Shown in pieces: positions 9,856 through 17,622 of a stretch of DNA of 64,000 nucleotides. Numbering within the stretch: the first letter of the stretch is position 1; every line of letters begins with the position of its first letter. The translations under genes were made by a program, and so were the position numbers. Source of the stretch: a virus (taxonomy: Duplodnaviria > Caudoviricetes); IMG/VR virus record IMGVR_UViG_2974764813_000001, positions 64,001-128,000 of that record. The stretch is one strand, 5' to 3'. The notes below the pieces were generated by a model, which saw nothing but the letters and a program-made list of their open reading frames with translations, was not told where the DNA came from and did no database searches.

Positions 9856-10390
9856 TTGCAGTTCTGGAATGTGCGTGGTACACCTAAATGAATGAAGCCC
9901 CTGCTGTGAGGCGGGGGCTTCAAACACCGAACTTGGCTGGTTCTGATGTTACCGACGTGTCCCGTTGTGTTCAACAGGGATCTTCGCGGCGACCCCAGCG
10001 CCAGCCAGCCCGCAGTTAGGAGCTGAACCGGCGTTTCCTGGGAGAGTTCGCCTCACCAACCCAACCTCCCCGAGTAGTAATCCGACCTGAACTCGCAGGT
10101 CAGGCCCAGTGCGCACAGGCCTAGTGCTGGGTAACACCGTCTCACCGCATGCGCTCTGGAGCTCATGTGGCGATAGTCGTTTGCCTTTGCTGTGATGAAG
10201 GGCACACCGGCATGTCGCTCACAAAGCCCGCATGTAGGGGAGGGGGGTAGGGGGGAGGGGTGCGGGCACGCCCTTTTGTGCCCAAATCCGATCCACACTC
10301 TCCGAGAGACCGGAGGGACCGAGCCCTCCCAGGATCTGGTCCCCAGGCTCGGAAAATCCCAAGATGTGGTCCAGCAAAGGCTCAGCAAAC
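9856..10390 (+). ncRNA. Candidate long structured RNA or RNA-primed replication origin with a G-quadruplex tract
   Basis: No credible CDS; promoter-like TTGCAG-N17-TACACC; about 10 consecutive hairpins; G4AG6TAG6AG4 at 10237-10260. Confidence 0.45.
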
Positions 10391-10395
10391 ACCGC

Positions 10396-10462
10396 TGACC
10401 AGGCACGACGGCGCCAGATGTTGCGAAAACTAGAGAAGTTCTATAACATCACTACACATCAC
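10396..10462 (+). promoter_or_regulatory. Promoter TTGCGA-N17-TAACAT with phased array
   Basis: CTAGAGAAGTT|CTATAACATCA|CTACACATCAC, in phase with TGACCAGG at 10396. Confidence 0.6.
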
Positions 10463-10477
10463 CCCAAGGAGCCGCCC

Positions 10478-10699
10478 ATGCACACCATCCCGATTCGCGT
10501 AGCGCTCGTCCTCGCCGGTGCCGGAGCTCTTGCCATGATGGCCTTCGGGCCGACCGGCCAGGCCGACGCACCCGCCGAGCCCCCACGCAACCTCGACGTG
10601 TTCACCGACTTCCTGGTGGTCAAGCAGACCGCCACCATCCCGGTGCACGACAACCCCATCGACGAGCTGCTCGACCTCTACACGCGGGGCGCCCGATGA
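10478..10699 (+). CDS. Small membrane/secreted protein
   Basis: RBS AAGGAG; N-terminal hydrophobic segment. Confidence 0.65.
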   Translation: MHTIPIRVALVLAGAGALAMMAFGPTGQADAPAEPPRNLDVFTDFLVVKQTATIPVHDNPIDELLDLYTRGAR

Positions 10700-10896
10700 G
10701 CCGATTCCTGCGAGCGCTCGGCTCGCTGGCCATCATCGTGCTGATCGGCGTCGGCATCGCTGCGGTCATCCAGGCGCTGAGCCTGCAGATCGTCCCGCTG
10801 TCGGTCGTCGTCGCGGTGGCCATCGCCGCGGCCGTCGCCGTCATCGCCCTGGACCTGGCCGACCGCCTCGACAACTCCGAGGAGGTGACCCGGTGA
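10696..10896 (+). CDS. Two-TM membrane protein
   Basis: Two hydrophobic helices; ATGA overlap. Confidence 0.7.
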   Translation: MSRFLRALGSLAIIVLIGVGIAAVIQALSLQIVPLSVVVAVAIAAAVAVIALDLADRLDNSEEVTR

Positions 10897-11210
10897 CGAC
10901 CATGATCGCGCTCGCCGCCCGTGACGGCTTCCCGGACGACCACACCGAGTACGTCTGCCCCGGCAAGCACGAGGACGGCGGCTGGACCTGCATGTTCTGT
11001 GCCGGTGGCCTGTTCTTGTGCACCGTGTGCGGCTCGGACGAGGGTGCCTCCACTACGCAGTGTCCTGGCCGCCGGATGACCACGACCGAGAACGAGCAGG
11101 TCGACGCCGGTCGCCTGGATTTCCGCGGCGGGCGCTGGGTGGCACAGCCCAGCTACTACGCCTACGGCTACTGGTACTGGGCCTGGGACCACGAGGAGGA
11201 CGCAGCATGA
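10893..11210 (+). CDS. Cys-rich hypothetical protein
   Basis: CMFCAGGLFLCTVCG...TTQCPG. Confidence 0.65.
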   Translation: MTTMIALAARDGFPDDHTEYVCPGKHEDGGWTCMFCAGGLFLCTVCGSDEGASTTQCPGRRMTTTENEQVDAGRLDFRGGRWVAQPSYYAYGYWYWAWDHEEDAA

Positions 11211-11617
11211 AGGTCAAGAACGCCGACATCTGGCAGCAGCAGCGCGCCGAACTGCTCGCCGACGGCGAGATCGGCCCGCGGTTCCTGGAGATCCTGGAAG
11301 CCTGGGCCGAGAGCGCCGAGGAACTGATGGAGGGGGTGGTCCCCGTCCGCGATGCCGCGATGAGCGCGCTGGGCGGCGTCGAGGAGCGCTTCGGCCGGGT
11401 GAACATCGTCTACCTCGGCCAGATGCTGACCCTGCTCACCATCTTCTGGGCCCATGGCGACGAGTTCGCCGAGGAGCTCAGCGCCATCGAGCTGCGGCTG
11501 GTCCAAGACCTCACCGCACAGAAAATCCTCGAGCTCAGCGCCGAGGCCGCCACCGACACCGAAGGAGACATCGGCCTGGAGGACGCGAGCAACTACGACA
11601 AGAAGGGGGCGATCTGA
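11207..11617 (+). CDS. Hypothetical protein
   Basis: RBS GAGGAGG; ATGA overlap. Confidence 0.7.
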   Translation: MKVKNADIWQQQRAELLADGEIGPRFLEILEAWAESAEELMEGVVPVRDAAMSALGGVEERFGRVNIVYLGQMLTLLTIFWAHGDEFAEELSAIELRLVQDLTAQKILELSAEAATDTEGDIGLEDASNYDKKGAI

Positions 11618-11838
11618 TGATGACGCTCAGTGAGGTCCTGGAGCACGTCGGCGGCAAGGTCGTTTACCGCGCCCCGCACGTCGCCGACGATCAGCCCGGC
11701 GAGGAGGGCGTGATCACCGGCGCCAGCAGCATCTACGCCTTCGTGCGCTTCGGCGCCGATGTGGGCTCGATGGCGACCCCGGCCGAGAACCTGACGCTGG
11801 TGGCCCCGCCGGTCGAAGAGCCGGAGCCGGAGTCATGA
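11617..11838 (+). CDS. Small SH3-like hypothetical protein
   Basis: VGGKVVY...EEGVITG...AFVRF. Confidence 0.65.
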   Translation: MMTLSEVLEHVGGKVVYRAPHVADDQPGEEGVITGASSIYAFVRFGADVGSMATPAENLTLVAPPVEEPEPES

Positions 11839-12059
11839 TCGAGCAGGGGTACCCCGGCGGGCCCCGGCCCGAGGGTGCGCACCGCGCGGTCGACTGCCAC
11901 TGCGGCATGGGCAAGGTCGCCCGGCGCACCCTCATCGCCGACGTCAACCGCGGGTTGGCCCAGGCGATGGCACCGGCGCCGGACGGACGTCCGTGGGCCG
12001 AGCACATCCTGCGGAACGACCCTGTCCTGCGCGCGCGATTGGCCAGGGCACTGCGATGA
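11835..12059 (+). CDS. Hypothetical protein
   Basis: ATGA coupling. Confidence 0.55.
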   Translation: MIEQGYPGGPRPEGAHRAVDCHCGMGKVARRTLIADVNRGLAQAMAPAPDGRPWAEHILRNDPVLRARLARALR

Positions 12060-12181
12060 AGAGCCACAGGGCGGGGCGTCAAAGCGCCACAGTGACCGCC
12101 AAGTTCGGTTCAGGATCCGGTACCTATCACGGGGAGACCGATACTGCGCCCTGCCCTGTCTTCACCGAATACCATCCGGCG

Positions 12182-12664
12182 ATGGCATACCCACACCATC
12201 CGCAGCAACCGAACAACCACTACAACCAGCAGTACAACCAGCAGTACTACCCGCCGCAGCCACCACCGCGGCGCAAGAGCCGCACCCCGTTGGTGCTGGC
12301 CCTGGTCGCGTTGGCGGCCGTCGTCGCCGTGGTGGCCGTCGTCATCGCCTACGCGACGTCGTCGGATTCGTCGACTCAGTCGGTGGACCAGGCCTACCTG
12401 GAGGATCTGCGCGACATCGACGGTCTGGGCATCAGCGTCAACACCGGCGGCACCACCGACGAGGCGCTGATCAAGGAGGCCCACCAGGTCTGCTCGGACC
12501 TGGGCCGCGGGGTGGCCCCCATCCAGCTCGCCTACATGCTCACCCAGTTCAACGCGGGGCAGTCGGTTGACGACGCCTACCTGCAGATCAGCAGTGCAGT
12601 GAAGTTCTACTGCCCAGACCAGAAGACCAAGCTCCGTGCGGAGCTGATGGAAGGAGCCCGGTAA
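12182..12664 (+). CDS. Membrane-anchored DUF732-like protein
   Basis: Q/P/Y-rich N-terminus, TM helix, DQAYLEDL...AHQVCSDLGRG...SAVKFYCP; TACCAT -10 upstream suggests a leaderless start. Confidence 0.7.
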   Translation: MAYPHHPQQPNNHYNQQYNQQYYPPQPPPRRKSRTPLVLALVALAAVVAVVAVVIAYATSSDSSTQSVDQAYLEDLRDIDGLGISVNTGGTTDEALIKEAHQVCSDLGRGVAPIQLAYMLTQFNAGQSVDDAYLQISSAVKFYCPDQKTKLRAELMEGAR

Positions 12665-12951
12665 TGCCCAACGACACCCTCTCGGTCGTCGGCCCCGAGA
12701 ACGCCGAGGTGCTGGAGACCGAACTGACGCTGTACTTCGGTGCCACGGTCGCGGTGACCACCACGGCGTCGGGCTTCCAGGACTGGATCAAGCCCTCGGC
12801 GAGCTTCTCCACCAAGTGGAAGGGCACGCCGTCGGGGGAGCAGGTCGTCATGGCGACCCAGCAGATCCAGAACGACATCCTCGCGCCGATGCTCGAGGAG
12901 ATCATCGCGATGTGCCAGGCCCGCCTGACCCAATCGCGCCGCGGCGGCTGA
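12664..12951 (+). CDS. Hypothetical protein
   Basis: TAATG coupling; RBS AAGGAG. Confidence 0.65.
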   Translation: MPNDTLSVVGPENAEVLETELTLYFGATVAVTTTASGFQDWIKPSASFSTKWKGTPSGEQVVMATQQIQNDILAPMLEEIIAMCQARLTQSRRGG

Positions 12952-12956
12952 GCCCG

Positions 12957-13011
12957 CTATAGGAGTATTTGCAGACCTCTGTAGAACTGCTTACTCTGGA
13001 CTATGAGTAAA
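12957..13011 (+). promoter_or_regulatory. Promoter TTGCAG-N17-TACTCT within a phased 11-bp array
   Basis: CTATAGGAGTA|TTTGCAGACCT|CTGTAGAACTG|CTTACTCTGGA|CTATGAGTAAA. Confidence 0.65.
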
Positions 13012-13025
13012 TGGAGGAGGAAATC

Positions 13026-13715
13026 ATGACCGAAGTTGTGGATTTACCTGCGCTGATGCGCGACGGCGGCGAGAACGCCGTCCTGGAGGCACTGTTCGCC
13101 AGCCGCTCGACGGACACGTCGGCCGACACCGGCAAGAGCACCGCCGCCAAGCGCCGCGCCGCGCAGCGAAAGGCCATCGAGGAGTTCGACCTCGACCGGC
13201 TGCTCGACCTCCAGGAGAAGATGTCGCGCGTCATCGACACGCTGACCAAGAACGAGCTGCGCCTCGACGAGGGCGGCACGCTGACGCCCGAGCAGGCCGA
13301 GAGCCTGATGGCCGAGCACCTCGACGAGCGCGAGATCGCTGAACTGCTCGAAGTGCGCAAGGAGATGATCCGCGAGGCCGTCTACGAGCACCTCGACCAG
13401 ACCGTCGGCCCCAACACCAGCGGCGCGCTGGAGGTGCCCACGCTCGGCAAGAAGTTCTGCCGCGAGGGTGCGGGCCTCGGCACGCCCAAGGTCGACGAGC
13501 AGCGCCTGCAGGGTGTGCTCGGCGAGCGCTGGGACGAGGTCTGCGTCGAGGAGGTCATCCCGGCCCAGGTGATCCCGGAGCGCCGCGAGCGGCGATTCTC
13601 GCTGGACCGCCTGCTCGACCTGGCCCAGCGCGACCCCCAGATCCTCGAGGCCCTCGGCAGCTGCCTCGCTCCCGGAAAGCTGCGGACACCACGCTTCGTC
13701 ACTCGCGATATGTGA
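13026..13715 (+). CDS. Hypothetical coiled-coil protein
   Basis: Strong RBS GGAGGAGG; helical charged sequence. Confidence 0.75.
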   Translation: MTEVVDLPALMRDGGENAVLEALFASRSTDTSADTGKSTAAKRRAAQRKAIEEFDLDRLLDLQEKMSRVIDTLTKNELRLDEGGTLTPEQAESLMAEHLDEREIAELLEVRKEMIREAVYEHLDQTVGPNTSGALEVPTLGKKFCREGAGLGTPKVDEQRLQGVLGERWDEVCVEEVIPAQVIPERRERRFSLDRLLDLAQRDPQILEALGSCLAPGKLRTPRFVTRDM

Positions 13716-13776
13716 CGGAACTGTGCAAGAGTGGGTACGATAATTTCCAAGAACGGTTATGGGAGAGGGATAGAAG

Positions 13777-14391
13777 ATGGCTTCGGACCAGGACAAGCAG
13801 CCGGTCGTGGAGTTCGATGAGTACCCACTGTTCAGTGACGCCGACGAAGCGGCACCGAAAACGGAAACCGACCCCGAGCCGCAGCCCGCGGTCGGGCCGG
13901 TGGTTGTTCTCGACTTTGACGACGAGGACGAGCCCGCCCAGGAGGAAGAAGATGACAGTGATGAGCAGCCCGAACAGCAGGCTGTTGTCGTCCGCGACGA
14001 CCCCGCGCCGGAGCAGGCCGTGGTCGTGATGGACGAAGCGCCCGCACGCCCCGCGCCGAGCACCTCGGCACCGCTGAAGCTGGAGAAGACCTACTCCAGC
14101 GAAGAGGTGGCCAAGAAGTTCTTCGGCAAGTCCACCCAGTGGTTGTACTGGGGTATGCGCGACAAGGACGCCGAGGGCAACGCGATCACCCCGGTGTTCG
14201 TCTACGAGGACGGCACTCCGATCGAACCCAAGAAGATCGGCAAGGGGCAGCGTCGCCGCTACACCCTGCCCATCATCAAGGAGATGGCCGCCGCGTGCTA
14301 CCGCCGGGGCAACCTCAAGGAGCCCGAGCTCCGCAAGGTCTTCGCCAAGATCGAAGCCGCCGAAAAGGATGAGCTCATCCCTGTCCGGTAA
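13777..14391 (+). CDS. MerR/Xis/BldC-like HTH DNA-binding protein with acidic N-terminal extension
   Basis: KTYSSEEVAKKFFGKSTQWLYW...EPKKIGKGQRRRYTLPIIKEM matches the MerR-type wHTH pattern. Confidence 0.75.
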   Translation: MASDQDKQPVVEFDEYPLFSDADEAAPKTETDPEPQPAVGPVVVLDFDDEDEPAQEEEDDSDEQPEQQAVVVRDDPAPEQAVVVMDEAPARPAPSTSAPLKLEKTYSSEEVAKKFFGKSTQWLYWGMRDKDAEGNAITPVFVYEDGTPIEPKKIGKGQRRRYTLPIIKEMAAACYRRGNLKEPELRKVFAKIEAAEKDELIPVR

Positions 14392-14399
14392 GGGAATTC

Positions 14400-15317
14400 G
14401 TGCCAACCAACACCGCGGGTCCTGGTGACCTGCAAGCGCATCTCGACCACATGATCGAGGAGCGGCGCGCCAGCGCACGCGCCCATCTGCCCGGCCATTG
14501 GGACTTCCCGGTGGGCCGGGCAGAACGCTGTCATGTGTTCGACGAGACGGGTCGGCCCTACCTGGACTTCGGTCCCGGTGGGGCGATCAACATCCTCGGC
14601 CACCACAACGAGCAGGTCACCCACGCGCTGTGGAACCACCTGCACCAGTACAGCTACACCGGTCAGCACGCGGGCCGCTACCAGGTGGCCTACGCCGAGG
14701 CGCTGGCCGCGACTTTCCCACAGCCCGACCGCCAGGTCCTGGTGCTCTCCAGCGTCTCCGAGGCCCGCCGGATCGCCCGCGAGATGCCCGGCCGCATCCA
14801 CGACGAGTCCGGCACCGGCTTCGGTCGCACCGGGCGGATGTGGGGGAGCGACCCCGACGACGACGCCGTGGTCCTGCTCGGCCCCGCCGGAGGCGGCGGT
14901 CTGCCGTTCGCGGCGCTGGTGGCCTCGGCCGAGCAGTTCGACGGCATCAGCCCGCCGCCGATGGCCGCCCATCCGCTGGCGTGCACCGCGGGCACCGCCG
15001 TCTTGAGCCAGCTCACCCCCGAACTGCTGCAGCACGTGGCCGCGATGGGTACCGTCTTGGCTGACGGCCTGGCCGAGGTCGCCGAGCAATTCCCCGCTGT
15101 CATCAGATCTGTTGCTGGACCGCCCGATGGTGTAGGATTGCTACAGAAAATAACAACTGTTGACCTAGAAGACACGCAGCGGCTGTTCGAAGCCTGCCGT
15201 GATCGCGGCCTGTTGCTCCATCACACCCTCTACCTCACCCCACCTTTGGTGATCACAGAGCAGGAGGTGAAGCAGGCCGTCGACATCCTGGCAGATGTGT
15301 GTCTGGATTGGAGTTGA
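14400..15317 (+). CDS. Class III PLP aminotransferase-like protein, truncated and lacking the catalytic Lys
   Basis: DETGRPYLDF...NILGH; DESGTGFGRTG; LLGPAGGGGLP where xxAKxxxGGxP is expected; LTPPLVITEQEV. Confidence 0.8.
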   Translation: MPTNTAGPGDLQAHLDHMIEERRASARAHLPGHWDFPVGRAERCHVFDETGRPYLDFGPGGAINILGHHNEQVTHALWNHLHQYSYTGQHAGRYQVAYAEALAATFPQPDRQVLVLSSVSEARRIAREMPGRIHDESGTGFGRTGRMWGSDPDDDAVVLLGPAGGGGLPFAALVASAEQFDGISPPPMAAHPLACTAGTAVLSQLTPELLQHVAAMGTVLADGLAEVAEQFPAVIRSVAGPPDGVGLLQKITTVDLEDTQRLFEACRDRGLLLHHTLYLTPPLVITEQEVKQAVDILADVCLDWS

Positions 15318-15320
15318 GCC

Positions 15321-15713
15321 TTGAGCTTCACTGACCTCGACATCGCCGAGCAGACCCTGGGCAAGCCGGTCACCGCGATGACCGACACCGAGCTCGTCAG
15401 CTACCTCAAAATCGCCGTGAAGGCCCTGCAGGACATCGACCTGCCCGTCGACGGCATGCCGGAGCGCTCGGTGATGGCCGGACTCAAGCGCACCTACGGC
15501 CCGCAGGCCGGGAACATTCTCAAGTGGGTGTGCTGGCGCCACGAGGGCAAGTACCGCGGCCAGGTGATCGGCTACTTCTCGTTCGCCAAGGGCCGCAAGT
15601 GGTTCACCGACATGCTCTACACCGAACTGCAGCAGCACCTCAGCGCCGAGGCCGCCCAGGTCGCCGCCGAACGCCGCGCCGGGGACGGCTGGGGCGAACT
15701 GGCCGACCTCTGA
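15321..15713 (+). CDS. Hypothetical protein, first gene of the replication block
   Basis: TTG start with GGAG RBS; coding bias. Confidence 0.7.
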   Translation: MSFTDLDIAEQTLGKPVTAMTDTELVSYLKIAVKALQDIDLPVDGMPERSVMAGLKRTYGPQAGNILKWVCWRHEGKYRGQVIGYFSFAKGRKWFTDMLYTELQQHLSAEAAQVAAERRAGDGWGELADL

Positions 15714-15952
15714 TGGCCGAGCGGGTCTCAGCCTTCGACCTGCTCCAGCAGTACACCGCCCTGCACCTGCAGGGCACGCCACCGCTGGGCGAAGGCGCCA
15801 CCGAGCTCGACGGCAAGACGGTCTACCACCGCGAGGACCCCGACCAGACCGGCACCGTCGTCGGCCCCTCCCGCATCGACGGCTTCGCCTGGGTGCACTG
15901 GACCGACCACTACGGACTGCACCGCATCACCGACCTCCAGGAGGCATCGTGA
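15713..15952 (+). CDS. Hypothetical protein
   Basis: TGATG coupling. Confidence 0.6.
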   Translation: MAERVSAFDLLQQYTALHLQGTPPLGEGATELDGKTVYHREDPDQTGTVVGPSRIDGFAWVHWTDHYGLHRITDLQEAS

Positions 15953-16119
15953 AACACACCGGCGTCATCACCCACCGCCCGCACTGGTACCCGCGGGTGT
16001 TCATCGCCTACGGCCCCGGCCCGGTCCCGCGCGAAGAGGCGCACTGGCGCAACTGGCGCAAGTGGAACGGCCTGGGCTTTCGCATCGGCAACACCATCCA
16101 CTTCTGCGAGATCCGCTGA
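15949..16119 (+). CDS. Small hypothetical protein
   Basis: GTGA overlap; RBS AGGAGG; tiles the gap. Confidence 0.55.
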   Translation: MKHTGVITHRPHWYPRVFIAYGPGPVPREEAHWRNWRKWNGLGFRIGNTIHFCEIR

Positions 16120-16445
16120 TGGGCGACGTCGACACCAGCGCACTGACCAACGTGCACGACCCCGACAAGTGCAGCGGCTCGTGGTGTGTCGTGCACAACC
16201 CCAGCGACCACCACATGCGCGGCTGGGAGGTGGTGTGGCGCAACGACCGCGGGCTCTTCGAGCGGGTCTGCCCGCACGGCATCGGCCATCCCGACCCCGA
16301 CCAGTTCGCCCACTGGGAGAAGGCGGCTGCCACCTGGCGCCCGCCGGTCTCGTACGACGTGATCGACGACCCGCACCCACCCGGCAATCCCTATCTCGGC
16401 AAGGGCGTGCACGGCTGCGACGGCTGCTGCCGGGAGGCGATGTGA
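16119..16445 (+). CDS. His/Cys-rich metal-binding hypothetical protein
   Basis: CVVHNPSDHHM...ERVCPHGIGHPDPD...HGCDGCC. Confidence 0.65.
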   Translation: MGDVDTSALTNVHDPDKCSGSWCVVHNPSDHHMRGWEVVWRNDRGLFERVCPHGIGHPDPDQFAHWEKAAATWRPPVSYDVIDDPHPPGNPYLGKGVHGCDGCCREAM

Positions 16446-16837
16446 GCGAGTGCGACCCCTACGACCACCCGGTCGACGGCTACTGCCCGGCCTGCGGGGC
16501 CAACGCGCTGTACCTCAGCATGGGCATCCCGACCTGCATGGCCAAGGGCTGCCCCGCCTCGACCATCATCGGCGACATCCTGTCCGACCCCGAGATTCAC
16601 CACATCCTCGAGGTGCTGCCCGACGCCGAGACCGAGCAGTCGGGCCGCTGGACCCTGCAGCACCCCCTGCGCGAGCGTGTCGACGGAGCCCTGTTCAGCT
16701 GTCCGCTGCACCGGATCCTGCAGCAGCAGTTCGCGTTCCACTACCCACCGGCTCCCGGCCGCTACCGCATCCGTCACCGCGACGAGGTCGAGGGCGAAGA
16801 GAGCAACGAGTGGCCCTGGCTGATGGAGAAGCTGTGA
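16442..16837 (+). CDS. Zn-ribbon hypothetical protein
   Basis: YCPACG...CMAKGC...QHPLRER...CPLH. Confidence 0.65.
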   Translation: MSECDPYDHPVDGYCPACGANALYLSMGIPTCMAKGCPASTIIGDILSDPEIHHILEVLPDAETEQSGRWTLQHPLRERVDGALFSCPLHRILQQQFAFHYPPAPGRYRIRHRDEVEGEESNEWPWLMEKL

Positions 16838-17622
16838 CGTTCAATATCGAGACCGCCCTGCTCACCGACGCGGTGGCCGAGCGGCTCTACCGCACCCGGC
16901 CCGAACTGCGCGCCGGGCCCGACGAGTACTGCCCGACCTGCCGCAAGACCGGTGTCTACCGCTGGCAGGGTGTGGAGCACCAGTGCAACTGCGCGCGCCA
17001 ACTCCAGCTGGCCAAGCACTACTCGGCCGCCGGGATCGGCGCGACGTACCAGCGCCTGGACTGGACCGACTTCGACGGCAACGACGAACTGCTCGCCCAG
17101 ATCCTTCGCTACCTGGAGCACCACGAGCGCTACGTCACCCGCGGCATCGGCCTGATGTTCCACGGCCCCATCGGCACCGGCAAGACCATGGCCGCCAACC
17201 TGGTGCTCAAGGAGCTCATCAAACGGGGCTACAGCGGCTTCGCCACCACCTTCGCCAACACCGTGGAAGCGTTCACCTCGACGTGGGGCAACCGCGACGA
17301 GAAGGAGTGGTTCGCCCGCAAGTTCATGCAGTCGCAGGTGCTGCTGCTCGACGACCTCGGCCGCGAGTTCCGCGCCGGGGTGAACCTGCCGCAGTCCACC
17401 TTCGACATGATCCTGCGCACCCGCGTGCAGGAGGGCCGCCCCACCCTGCTCACCACCAACTGCACACTCGGCGAACTGGAGACCGGCTACGGCTCGGCGG
17501 TGCTGTCGATGCTCAAAGAGCAGAGCATCAAGCACGAGTTCCGCGGCAACGACTTCCGGCCCACCGCCAACCGCCGCACCCTCACCGAGGTCGAAGCCGA
17601 GGAGACCCGCCCCCTTGTCTGA
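16834..17622 (+). CDS. dnaC: DnaC/IstB-like helicase loader (AAA+ ATPase)
   Basis: CPTC...CNC Zn site, GPIGTGKT, LLLDDLGRE, R...PTLLTTN; adjacent to dnaB. Confidence 0.85.
   Translation: MTFNIETALLTDAVAERLYRTRPELRAGPDEYCPTCRKTGVYRWQGVEHQCNCARQLQLAKHYSAAGIGATYQRLDWTDFDGNDELLAQILRYLEHHERYVTRGIGLMFHGPIGTGKTMAANLVLKELIKRGYSGFATTFANTVEAFTSTWGNRDEKEWFARKFMQSQVLLLDDLGREFRAGVNLPQSTFDMILRTRVQEGRPTLLTTNCTLGELETGYGSAVLSMLKEQSIKHEFRGNDFRPTANRRTLTEVEAEETRPLV

Noticed and set aside
9949-10406. Track ORFs inside the 9.8-10.4 kb gap
   Set aside because: No RBS, atypical codon usage, and they run through the G-tract; the region is better explained as non-coding.
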